Shown in pieces: positions 1 to 9,092 of a DNA stretch of 37,097 nt (positions are counted from its first letter, which is position 1; each line of letters starts with the position of its first letter). The stretch is taken from NCBI GenBank assembly GCA_947587115.1, contig CANPXY010000003.1, positions 1 through 37,097 on the forward strand. Direction: 5' to 3'. This stretch comes from an uncultured Bacilli bacterium. Its GTDB lineage: Bacteria; Bacillota_I; Bacilli_A; RF39; UBA660. The translations under genes and the position numbers were made by a program. The notes under the pieces were generated by a model that made no database searches, was not told the origin of the DNA, and saw only the letters and a program-made list of their open reading frames with translations.

Positions 1-293
<293 letters not shown>

Positions 294-358
294 AAATAAT
301 TTTATTTAAGTTTGAATTAATTTGAATTTCCTAGCTACTCAAAATTGACGTTTTGCTC

Positions 359-373
359 AGTTTTCAAAGATCA
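359..373 (-). promoter_or_regulatory. rRNA leader boxA antitermination / processing-stem element
   Basis: Minus strand TGATCTTTGAAAACT, the typical Firmicutes rrn boxA, lies between the promoters and the 16S gene. Confidence 0.75.
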
Positions 374-400
374 TTGTGTCCATTTGCAAGTTGCCCTAAT

Positions 401-654
401 AATATACCAAACAACTGGCGTTTTGTCAATAACTTTTTTTACCTTTTTTAAGTAAATTTGTTTTTGACACTCTTTGGACATAATTTAACATCGGCTTTTT
501 GCTCGATGTGTTTCTAATATATCAAAGTATATTAGCGGTTGTCAAGTGATTTTTTGTGTTTTTTTGTCAATTTGTTTTTTATTTCATTTGACACCATTTC
601 ACATCTTTTGGTCGATGTGCAACTAATATATCAAACCCCCACCCTATTTGTCAA
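401..654 (-). promoter_or_regulatory. Three tandem sigma-A promoters of the rRNA operon
   Basis: TTGACA-17-TATATT (429-401), TTGACA-18-TATATT (545-516) and TTGACA-18-TATATT (654-625). The two distal ones have an extended TG and A-rich UP regions. Confidence 0.85.
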
Positions 655-801
655 TGCTTTTTTGTCGTTTTTTAGCAATATTTTTGTTTTTACCCTTTAC
701 ACCTTAATTTTATAGGGGTTTGTGGCAGTTACATCTTTATTATATGTGCGCTTTTCTAAAACTTTCCACTTTTTCAAATAAAGAAAAAACGACAATCGTC
801 G

Positions 802-1344
802 CTAGTTCAAAACCTCATTTTTGTACTCTTGATACATCTTGCAGTACTTTTCCACCACACCTGGCTGAAATGGAACTTCCTTCTTGCGTACCAAATCGAT
901 CAAATTAGTAAGTTCTTGTTTTAAGATGACATCAATTTCTTTAGAATAGTTCATAATATTTTTGTGGTACCGATATTCTCCACGATCTAGGACTTTAAAA
1001 GACCCATCCGGAAATACTCGTAAATCTAAATCATAATCGATATATTTGATCGTTCCATCCGCAATGACAAACGGAGAAGCCATATTACAATAATAGTAAA
1101 TACCATCTGGTTTATACTGTCCAATCACGTTATACCACTTGTTCTTATAAAAATACATCACTGCCGGCTCTTTCGTTCTCCATACTCTACCATCAGACTC
1201 GACCACTTTAGTTCGCTTGTTCCCGAAAATCAGATAGTCATCGTGGATCTCTAACAGGACCGCTTCATCCCATTCCCTGTGAATCTTTCCATTATGTTTA
1301 TAGCTATGAATCTTATAACGCTTTCCTAATTTTAATTCATTCAT
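802..1344 (-). CDS. ygaC: DUF402/YgaC family nucleoside tri/diphosphate phosphatase
   Basis: IHSYKHNGKIHREWD, YYCNMASP and IDYDLDLRVFPDG motifs; 180 aa. Confidence 0.85.
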   Translation of the reverse strand: MNELKLGKRYKIHSYKHNGKIHREWDEAVLLEIHDDYLIFGNKRTKVVESDGRVWRTKEPAVMYFYKNKWYNVIGQYKPDGIYYYCNMASPFVIADGTIKYIDYDLDLRVFPDGSFKVLDRGEYRYHKNIMNYSKEIDVILKQELTNLIDLVRKKEVPFQPGVVEKYCKMYQEYKNEVLN

Positions 1345-1411
1345 GTTATTACCCCGTCTCTACCGTCTATTATAACCTATCTCGCTTCCTTTTTCAAATC
1401 TTTTAAAGCAA

Positions 1412-1567
1412 TTATCGTTTATGTAATGCTTGGTAACCCATCATAACCAAGAATAATAGACCAAAAAACAATACAATCCACAATGCTGGATTATCATAAT
1501 GATCGAAAATCCAATTCTTGAACTGATTAGACCAATCGGTTAAGGTTGTCCATAGATCCAATAACAA
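1412..1567 (-). CDS. Small single-pass membrane protein (51 aa), hypothetical
   Basis: SD AGGAAGGTGA, then TTG at 1567. Sequence MLLDLWTTLTDWSNQFKNWIFDHYDNPALWIVLFFGLLFLVMMGYQALHKR with a C-terminal TM helix and basic tail. Confidence 0.65.
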   Translation of the reverse strand: MLLDLWTTLTDWSNQFKNWIFDHYDNPALWIVLFFGLLFLVMMGYQALHKR

Positions 1568-1726
1568 AGTGATCACCTTCCTATATTTAGTATAACATAG
1601 AAAAATCAAAAAGCGAGGATTTTATCTTCTATATTATATAGAAAGGGCTCGATTGACTTTCCTACCTAAAATCGATATACTAAAACTAGTATGAAGTAAA
1701 ATGAAAAACAGAAAGAAGGAATCGCC

Positions 1727-3022
1727 ATGCAATTTACTACCCTATCTCCCAAAGAATTTACGGCCTTTGCTGATCAACATCCGCAAATTACCTTTCATCA
1801 GACAACATCTTGGGCCAAGTTAAAGAAAACCAATCACTGGCAAGAACACTATGTGGGGGTAAAAGAAAAAAAACAAGTCATTGCCGCATCTCTTCTTTTA
1901 GAGAAAACAACTCCTCTTGGCAAAAGCATCTTCTATGCTCCTCGTGGCTTTTTAATCGACTATGAAAATATCGAACTTTTAACGTTCTTTACGAACGAAG
2001 TTAAAAAATACGTCCAAGACCATGGCGGCATGTTCTTAAAAATTGATCCTTATGTCAGTTATCAAGAACGAGATCAGTTGGGTAACATCGTAGAGAATGG
2101 AACCAATCATAAAGACGTCGTAGATCATCTCAAAAAATTAGGTTACCATCACATGGGCTTTACGATGCATCAAGAGACTTTACAGCCACGTTGGATGTTT
2201 GTTCTTCCTATAAAAAATCATACCTACGAAGAAATTGCCCAAAACTTCGATAGTAAAACCAAACGAATTTTAAAGAAGAACGCCAAAATGCAAATCCAAG
2301 TACGGGAACTTACGAAAGAAGAGATCCCTCTATATAAAGAAATCATGCAGTCCACCAGCAATCGTAGAGAGTTCATTGATCGTCCTCTTTCCTATTATGA
2401 AAACATGTGGAATACTTTCCATAAGGATGGACATCTCAAAATCATGGTAGCGGAACTCCATGTTAAAAAGTACATAGCATCCTTGAAAAAAGAAATCAAG
2501 GAATTAGAAGAAGAATATCATACGAGAGAAGAAAGAAAGAAAATAGAGACTGTCAATGAAGAAAAATATTTAGCTAAACAACGACAGACCGAAGAAAAAT
2601 TAGCCAAAGTGCAAGAACAACTCGCTGAGATGGAAGCACTAAAAAAGGAACATGGGGACATCATTCCGCTTGGTGGCATGCTCTTCCTACTCTACGGCTC
2701 TGAAATCGTCTTCTTGATGGGAGGCTCTCTTGAAGAATTTCTACATTTCCAATCTTCCTACTCGATTCATGAACACATGATTGAGTACGCCATTAAAAAT
2801 CATTATGAAGTCTATAACTTCTATGGAATTACCGGAATATTCGATGAAAGAAATCCGCTCTATGGAATCTACTTTGCAAAAAAAGGATTTGGTGGAAAAG
2901 TGGTCGAACTAGTAGGAGAGTTTGATCTCATTACGAATAAAGCATACTATTATTTATATAAAGTTGCCTTTAAACTGTATCATGGCAGCAAAAATTTACT
3001 ACACCACATAAAAAAGAGTTGA
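1727..3022 (+). CDS. FemABX/MurMN family peptidoglycan cross-bridge aminoacyltransferase
   Basis: FHQTTSWAKLK, YAPRGFLIDY, LKIDPY, an internal coiled coil, YNFYGITG and KKGFGG..VELVGEFD. Confidence 0.92.
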   Translation: MQFTTLSPKEFTAFADQHPQITFHQTTSWAKLKKTNHWQEHYVGVKEKKQVIAASLLLEKTTPLGKSIFYAPRGFLIDYENIELLTFFTNEVKKYVQDHGGMFLKIDPYVSYQERDQLGNIVENGTNHKDVVDHLKKLGYHHMGFTMHQETLQPRWMFVLPIKNHTYEEIAQNFDSKTKRILKKNAKMQIQVRELTKEEIPLYKEIMQSTSNRREFIDRPLSYYENMWNTFHKDGHLKIMVAELHVKKYIASLKKEIKELEEEYHTREERKKIETVNEEKYLAKQRQTEEKLAKVQEQLAEMEALKKEHGDIIPLGGMLFLLYGSEIVFLMGGSLEEFLHFQSSYSIHEHMIEYAIKNHYEVYNFYGITGIFDERNPLYGIYFAKKGFGGKVVELVGEFDLITNKAYYYLYKVAFKLYHGSKNLLHHIKKS

Positions 3023-3041
3023 CTGTATGTCAACCTTTTTA
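3010..3041. terminator. Bidirectional intrinsic terminator between the femABX and ABC-F genes
   Basis: AAAAAGAGTTGAC-TGTAT-GTCAACCTTTTT hairpin with A and T tracts on both sides. Confidence 0.75.
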
Positions 3042-3042
3042 T

Positions 3043-4764
3043 TTACACCTTGTTTTGTTCTTTAGCAGACAATTCGTAATATACCTCTAATAATGATTCG
3101 ATCTCCTCCGTAGTCTTTGTAGGATCTGCCATTTCAGATTCGATCTTTCGCATTTGATTTTGAATAGATAGCGGTTCATTCAAAGACTTTCCGTCATGAA
3201 CCATGCCATCTTGCTTCAAAGCATATTCCTGATAGCCATCTTCGACTCGTCTAATTGTACCATTTTGAAATACAAAAACTTTATTAGTGACTTTTGATAA
3301 TAAATATTTATCATGACTGGCCAAAAGAATCGCACCCGGAAATTGACACAATGCTTTTTCAAGTTCTATTTTATTTGCCAAGTCAAGATGATTGGTAGGT
3401 TCATCTAAAACTAATAAATTATAATCATCTAAAATAATTTGAACTAATTTTAGTCTCATTCGCTGACCCAAACTCAATGTTCCAATTTTATTATTAAACA
3501 AAGATCTTTGAAATCCCATGTTTACTAGATTACTAAAGAAAAACTGTCTTGTTGTAGCATCATACTGATTAGACATTTCAAATACCGTTTTCTGATCATC
3601 CAAATCAAAAACATCTTGGCTCATATAAGCCATTTTTAAAGATGGGGTTTTCCAAATCTCTCCAGAATCAGCTTGTTCCTCGTTCATAATCAGTTTTATC
3701 AATGTAGATTTACCGCTTCCATTAGGACCAACAAGGCCAATCTTTTCGTTACTATTTACTACTAAATTTACATCCGAAAAAATTTTATGACTATCAAAAG
3801 ATTTAGATAAATCGGTAATACGAATGAGACAGTTCGCTCCACTAGAAAAACCTTGAAATCCAAATTTAATTTCTTTTTCCTCAAGTGGCTTCTCAATAAA
3901 ATCTTTTTTCATTTGCTCAAGACGAGTTTTTTTACTTTCAGCACTTTTTCCAATCTTTGCTGCTTTTCTTTGTGCATTCGTCTTAACACCTTTAACCTTC
4001 GCATCAGAACGACTGCCTCCTTGTCTACCAGCATCTCGTTCGCCTTTTTCGGACCATTGTTTCAATTTGGTGATTTCTCTTTCAATTCGTTTTTCCTGTT
4101 TTTGCTCTTGCTCATAGCGCTCTTTGAGCGCCTCTTTCTCCTGCTCTTTTTGCTCTTGATAAGCATCATAATTTCCATAATAAATCTTCAATTTTGCATT
4201 TTCAACTTCAACAATTTTATTCACAGTTTGATTGAGAAAATAACGATCATGAGAAACTACCAATACAGTACCTTTATAGTCATTCAAACGATGGATTAAC
4301 CATTCTATGGATTCAATGTCCACATGATTTGTCGGTTCATCTAAAAGTAAGATACTAGGATTAGTTGCCAAAATAGACGATAAAGCAATTTTTGTTTTTT
4401 CGCCACCACTTAAATTTTTTAACCGCTCATTTGTAAACTCAATAGTACGATCTAATTTTAATTCACTATTTAATTTAAGAAAATCGGATATGTTACCTTT
4501 ATCCGCACTCATATCCATAAAATCTTCAAGTGAATACTCTGTAGCTTGTTTTAAATATCCAATGCTACAACCTTCAGCAATTTCAATTTTTCCGTTGTCT
4601 GCCGTTATGCTTCCCATAATCAACTTCATCAAAGTAGACTTACCAGAACCATTGGAACCAACAACACCAATTTTTTCTCCTGCATTCACATCCAATCGAA
4701 CCTTTTCTAAAACTACATGTTCGCCAAAATGTTTACTGACATCCCGAATCTTTATAATTGACAT
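3043..4764 (-). CDS. ABC-F ATPase, ribosome-protection (VmlR-like ARE-ABCF) candidate
   Basis: Two NBDs (GSNGSGKST, GPNGSGKST; LSGGE and LSLGQ; LDEPTNH twice), no TM segments, a long interdomain linker KLKQWSEK...KKTRLE resembling VmlR LASWSEK...KQKRLE, and a C-terminal helical extension. Confidence 0.85.
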   Translation of the reverse strand: MSIIKIRDVSKHFGEHVVLEKVRLDVNAGEKIGVVGSNGSGKSTLMKLIMGSITADNGKIEIAEGCSIGYLKQATEYSLEDFMDMSADKGNISDFLKLNSELKLDRTIEFTNERLKNLSGGEKTKIALSSILATNPSILLLDEPTNHVDIESIEWLIHRLNDYKGTVLVVSHDRYFLNQTVNKIVEVENAKLKIYYGNYDAYQEQKEQEKEALKERYEQEQKQEKRIEREITKLKQWSEKGERDAGRQGGSRSDAKVKGVKTNAQRKAAKIGKSAESKKTRLEQMKKDFIEKPLEEKEIKFGFQGFSSGANCLIRITDLSKSFDSHKIFSDVNLVVNSNEKIGLVGPNGSGKSTLIKLIMNEEQADSGEIWKTPSLKMAYMSQDVFDLDDQKTVFEMSNQYDATTRQFFFSNLVNMGFQRSLFNNKIGTLSLGQRMRLKLVQIILDDYNLLVLDEPTNHLDLANKIELEKALCQFPGAILLASHDKYLLSKVTNKVFVFQNGTIRRVEDGYQEYALKQDGMVHDGKSLNEPLSIQNQMRKIESEMADPTKTTEEIESLLEVYYELSAKEQNKV

Positions 4765-4931
4765 GAGATCACCCCCTATTTTGTATAAAATAAATAATAA
4801 TTGTTAAACAATGTTTCCTATTCCTAAACATAAAGAGCATATATTATGAAATATAGAATGATTTTGATATAAATAATTATAACACAACTCAAAAATTTAT
4901 TGATGATATTGTATGGAATTTGCTTTTCAAT

Positions 4932-4972
4932 ATAAAAAACCAGTTGAATATCGAACTCAACTAGGTTTTTAT
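4932..4972 (-). terminator. Intrinsic terminator downstream of murJ
   Basis: ATAAAAAACCAGTTGA-loop-TCAACTAGGTTTTTAT inverted repeat. Confidence 0.7.
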
Positions 4973-4999
4973 AATTACTTTTTTAGTGTCTCAACTTTA

Positions 5000-6658
5000 T
5001 TAATGAACTCTTTTCTTTTTGCCTAATTTTGCTTGAATTTCATTGATGGTCTTTTCTCCAAATACAGTCTGTACGGTCTTCGAACGGAAGGTTAAGAATA
5101 GATAGACGGCTGCTCCAATGACTGTATACATGATCACTATTGGAATATTCATAAGGCGGCTACTTGATACCGTTGGTAGAACATATTGTAATAGCAGAAT
5201 GACAATCGCCATAATCAGTGTAGATCCAAGGATGTTGACTCCCTGTTTGATCGTATTTTCATAATGAATGCCAAATTTCTTGTTGAGACAAACAAGACAG
5301 ATGATGAGCGACAACAAGTATCCTAAGATCGATGCGGTAATGGCTCCATAGTAAGCAGGCATTCCCATCTTATGAAAGCCATAGATCAAAGGTACGTTCA
5401 AGAGAATCTTCAAAATAAATCCTGAGAACAAACTGATAAATACCTCTTTATAATATTTTAAAACTTGAATAATCGTAATCGCTGCGGTAAACAAACATAA
5501 TATTAAAGCTACAAAGACAAAATAACAGAAGGTAGAAGCTCCATACTTGCTGGCACCATAGAAAATCATCCAAACAGGTTTTGCCAGTAAACTCAAACCG
5601 ACCGTCATCGGTACAGTAAGATAGAGTAAAATCTGGAATGTTTGATTGATCTTGTGATCGACATCTTTCTTATCGTTCGATACGAAACTAGCCGTCAAGT
5701 TTGGTACTAGGCTGACAATGACCCCAGTGCCAATAGAAGCAATAATCATGTTTAGTTTAAGACCCCATGTAGAGATTACACTCATGATACTTTCAGCATC
5801 CTGTACATTATATCCAACCCCATTGACCAAAGTCTTAACCAAGGTCACCATATCAACCGAATTATATAGCGTCTTAAAAATATCGATCATAATTAAAGGT
5901 AAAGCATACCAGAACAATTTTGTTAAGATGGTCTTATTGCTAATTTTAGGCTCTTTGACGCTCTCGCTCTTCTGTTCAAATTGGCTCTTGTTCTTAAATC
6001 GTTTATCGACCAAATATAAATAAGATACCAACGCTCCGACGGTAGCGCCAAAGACTGCGACTCCAACTGCCGTTGTAAGGGATAGATGGAATACATTTAA
6101 GGCTAGGAAACTACCAAAGATAATAATCACAACGCGAACGAGTTGTTCCAACACCTGACTAAAAGAAGTTGGAGCAATAAACTTATGTCCTTCAAAATAA
6201 CCACGATAGATACTTAAAATAGGTACGATGAGGACGGCAGAGGAAATCACGCGAATGACAAACGTGATCTGTCCAAGCGTATTGCCACCTTCAATATCAC
6301 CAATGATCAATTTGGCAATCGTGGGCGCAAAGACAATCAAGATGATAAAACAAAGTGCTCCCAAAATCATCGAAATGCGTTTGCCCATTTGAAAAGCTCG
6401 TTTTTTAGCGCTTTCATAACCAAGGGTATGATATTCACTGATCAATTTACTGATTGCCATCGGAATACCTGCCGAAGAAACACTCAAGAAAATCGAATAA
6501 ATATTGTAAGCATATCCGTACAACGCTCCACCCTTTTCACCAATAATTTGATAAAAAGGAATGACATATAAAATCCCGATAATCTTCGTCAAGACAATAC
6601 CTAAAGTAGCAATAAAAGCTCCTTGCATAAAGTTGTTTTTTTTCATCATTTTTTTCAC
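5000..6658 (-). CDS. murJ: MOP-family lipid II / polysaccharide flippase (YtgP/MurJ-like)
   Basis: KIIGILYVIPF, SSAGIPMAISK, RGYFEG and SQVLEQLVRV motifs; about 14 TM segments. Confidence 0.85.
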   Translation of the reverse strand: MKKMMKKNNFMQGAFIATLGIVLTKIIGILYVIPFYQIIGEKGGALYGYAYNIYSIFLSVSSAGIPMAISKLISEYHTLGYESAKKRAFQMGKRISMILGALCFIILIVFAPTIAKLIIGDIEGGNTLGQITFVIRVISSAVLIVPILSIYRGYFEGHKFIAPTSFSQVLEQLVRVVIIIFGSFLALNVFHLSLTTAVGVAVFGATVGALVSYLYLVDKRFKNKSQFEQKSESVKEPKISNKTILTKLFWYALPLIMIDIFKTLYNSVDMVTLVKTLVNGVGYNVQDAESIMSVISTWGLKLNMIIASIGTGVIVSLVPNLTASFVSNDKKDVDHKINQTFQILLYLTVPMTVGLSLLAKPVWMIFYGASKYGASTFCYFVFVALILCLFTAAITIIQVLKYYKEVFISLFSGFILKILLNVPLIYGFHKMGMPAYYGAITASILGYLLSLIICLVCLNKKFGIHYENTIKQGVNILGSTLIMAIVILLLQYVLPTVSSSRLMNIPIVIMYTVIGAAVYLFLTFRSKTVQTVFGEKTINEIQAKLGKKKRVH

Positions 6659-6727
6659 TTTGCCACTTCCTAACTTCTAATCTAAGTAAACTTATCATAT
6701 CACATTTTAGATAATTTTCAAACTACT

Positions 6728-6901
6728 CTATTTATGATAGATAATCATGGCTGAAAAACAATAGATCTGCTCTTCCGAAAAAACAGAGGTACTCACTTGA
6801 AACTTAATATCGATGACATCTCCTTCTATTTCATCTAAAAAATCATTCACACTCTTCTCTAAATCTTTTTCATGTGCTTCATCAATTACTTTTACTTTCA
6901 T
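6728..6901 (-). CDS. cse60: Sporulation protein Cse60 (DUF2758), 57 aa, missing from the ORF track
   Basis: Manual translation MKVKVIDEAHEKDLEKSVNDFLDEIEGDVIDIKFQVSTSVFSEEQIYCFSAMIIYHK matches the Cse60 signature HEKDL...IDIK...EQ.YCFSA.I.Y; SD GGTGA. Confidence 0.88.
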   Translation of the reverse strand: MKVKVIDEAHEKDLEKSVNDFLDEIEGDVIDIKFQVSTSVFSEEQIYCFSAMIIYHK

Positions 6902-6957
6902 ATCATCACCAAAATCACTATAACATGTTCCTACTACATATTATGTCAAAAAATGAA

Positions 6958-6979
6958 AAAAGGAAACCAAAGCTTCCTA
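6958..6979 (-). repeat. Left copy of a 22-bp direct repeat (terminator hairpin)
   Basis: aaaaggaaaccaaagcttccta, 21/22 identical to 9144-9165. Minus strand reads AGGAAGC-TTTG-GTTTCCT-TTTTT. Confidence 0.85.
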
Positions 6980-7012
6980 CTTATTAATGATACAAACGAG
7001 TGAACATTTAAA

Positions 7013-7819
7013 TTACTTGGATATACTGTTATCATCTATATTATGATTTGCCATTGTGTTTTCCGTCTGTTTATTTAAATCATCGGCCAACCCTCGTTTT
7101 CTTCGCTCTTGTTCTGCCACAATATCTGACATCAAATCTTGCCTCTTGCCATGCAAAAACCGTAAATCAGCATTTTCTTTTCTTAGTTGCTCATCAAAAT
7201 TAACTCCTCGGTTTTCTGCGTTTTGCTCAATTTGTTCATATTGTGTATCTGTCATTTTTCTAAAAGGTATCTGTTCCCCATTAGAAAGACTAACGTAGTA
7301 AGTATATATATATTGAATGTTTTGATTATACCGCTCATATTGTTCTTCTGTAATAGTACCAGAGGCTAATAATTGACCTAATTTTTCATGATAAGCATTT
7401 TCTTCTGTTTCCAATTGTTCTTCCGTTTTAAATGAAACTTCCGCACCATATTCATCAGCAAAAGTCATGCCTTCAGCAGTTATTTTACTTCCTAATACAC
7501 TTTCTAATTCTGATTTTTGTTGCAAAGCAGTTTCTCCCATTAATTTTTTAAACATTGGTTCTCTTCTAAGTTCAACTAATGCTCGTTTTTGTTCTGGTGA
7601 TAACTGAACTGAAGACATAAATTGCATAAAGTCTTCATCTGTTTGTCCAGTATAACCTAATATAGAATTAAATCTATGACCCAAACTGTCATATGCTTCT
7701 TTATTATATTCATGCCACCTTGTGTATTGCTTATCATCAGTCATTTGTGCAAATTCATGACGATATGCACTGTTAACCAATAAATATTCATAAATAATTT
7801 TTTTGTTTGCTTTTTCCAT
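7013..7819 (-). CDS. Hypothetical helical protein with a SHOCT-like motif
   Basis: SD AGGAGG; 268 aa; EKLGQLLASGTITEEQYERY resembles SHOCT. Confidence 0.75.
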   Translation of the reverse strand: MEKANKKIIYEYLLVNSAYRHEFAQMTDDKQYTRWHEYNKEAYDSLGHRFNSILGYTGQTDEDFMQFMSSVQLSPEQKRALVELRREPMFKKLMGETALQQKSELESVLGSKITAEGMTFADEYGAEVSFKTEEQLETEENAYHEKLGQLLASGTITEEQYERYNQNIQYIYTYYVSLSNGEQIPFRKMTDTQYEQIEQNAENRGVNFDEQLRKENADLRFLHGKRQDLMSDIVAEQERRKRGLADDLNKQTENTMANHNIDDNSISK

Positions 7820-7888
7820 ATATACCTCCTACAATAAACACATTTTACATTTAAATCTTTTTGTTATTCTCATATAAATTAGTTTTTA

Positions 7889-8431
7889 TTACTTAACTTT
7901 TTTAATATCATGGAGTATGCTCATTACTTCGTTATACACTTCTAACTCACTTTGATTGGTTTCAGCACCATTATATGGCGAAACAAAATCATCAATTTCT
8001 GATAAAACTAAATCTACATTATCTTTATTAACTCTGTCTTTAATGATTTTTAAACAAGTTTCCCTATAACCTCTAATAGCACAACCCGCTAAAGATTTAT
8101 AATAAGATTTATCTGGCAAGTCAGATTTTAAATAAAACTGCATGGCAATCTCATCGGTCATTGGTCTTGGATTTGTTAATATTATTTTATTACTTCGAAA
8201 TACTCCATGTGGAGCTGACTCGCTAGGACAATCCAGTATCTTCCGGAATTATTACATCATAAAGAGTATCTCCTCGAACTAACCATCTTAATATTTTATC
8301 TTCCGTACTAAAATTAAATCCTCCCATTTCTTTTGGATCAAAAGTATTAGGATTCCCAAGTATCTGCTACATTTACTTCATCAATCTTATAATTAAAATT
8401 AACCCCTTTATTTCCAAAAATATTTACTCAT
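7889..8431 (-). pseudogene. Frameshifted hypothetical gene; the 90-aa ORF is its C-terminal remnant
   Basis: SD AGAGG plus ATG at 8431. Protein-like segments MSKY / FGNKGVNFNYKIDEVNVADTW / NPNTFDPKEMGGFNFSTEDKILRWLVRGDTLYDVIIPEDT / DCPSESAPHGVFRSNKIILTNPRPMTDEIA... are joined by three frame breaks. Confidence 0.7.
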
Positions 8432-8441
8432 AAAATGCCTC

Positions 8442-9062
8442 TTATTTTATATTTTCAATGTTAGCTAAATTGTTATTATTATCAAATTCTAACTTAAACG
8501 TTTCGCAATAATTCCATTTACCATCAAAAAAGGTATTGCCTTTAAATTTATAACAATCATCATAATTAATTTCACACCAATTACCTAATAAAAAGGCAAA
8601 AGCAGTTGAGTGGCCAACAATTAATATTTTTTTATCTTTATATTCACCTAATAAATAATTTACAAAATTTAATAATCGTTCTCTAACTTCTTTTTGACTT
8701 TCCCCATTTCCAATTTTATAATTTTCATCTTTAAATTGATGGATCTCAAAATCTGGTGGGAATTCATTCCAAGAAGAAATGCCAAATTTTCTTTCTCCTA
8801 AATCACTTACCACATTGATTTCCAAATTATTTTTATCAGCTAAATATTTGGCAGTTTGTATAGTTCTCACATAATTTGAAGAAAACAAAATATCAGCATT
8901 GTCAAATTCCTCTTTGTTTAATTTTTCTTGGGCTATTTGTTCTCCTTCTATAGAAAGCGAAGATTTCTCATTTTGAATTTGCAAATTATCGTTATTAAAA
9001 TTATTATTAACTTTTATTGGTTTAGAGTGTCTAATTAAATAAATAGTTGTTATAGAATCCAC
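8442..9062 (-). CDS. Histidine phosphatase (phosphoglycerate mutase-like) family protein; start codon uncertain
   Basis: YLIRHS, SSNYVRTIQTA, LGER, GES...RER and LIVGHS motifs. Confidence 0.85.
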   Translation of the reverse strand: MDSITTIYLIRHSKPIKVNNNFNNDNLQIQNEKSSLSIEGEQIAQEKLNKEEFDNADILFSSNYVRTIQTAKYLADKNNLEINVVSDLGERKFGISSWNEFPPDFEIHQFKDENYKIGNGESQKEVRERLLNFVNYLLGEYKDKKILIVGHSTAFAFLLGNWCEINYDDCYKFKGNTFFDGKWNYCETFKLEFDNNNNLANIENIK

Positions 9063-9092
9063 CTCTTTTCAACAAACAATATTTTCATTAAT

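Noticed and set aside
720-908. 62-aa plus-strand ORF
   Set aside because: Antisense to ygaC, with no SD and no recognisable motif.
6923-6951. dif-like sequence TTCCTA-CTACATA-TTATGTCAAA next to the islet
   Set aside because: Only 7 nt separate TTCCTA and TTATGT versus 9 in the B. subtilis dif, and the arms are degenerate. More likely part of the cse60 promoter region.
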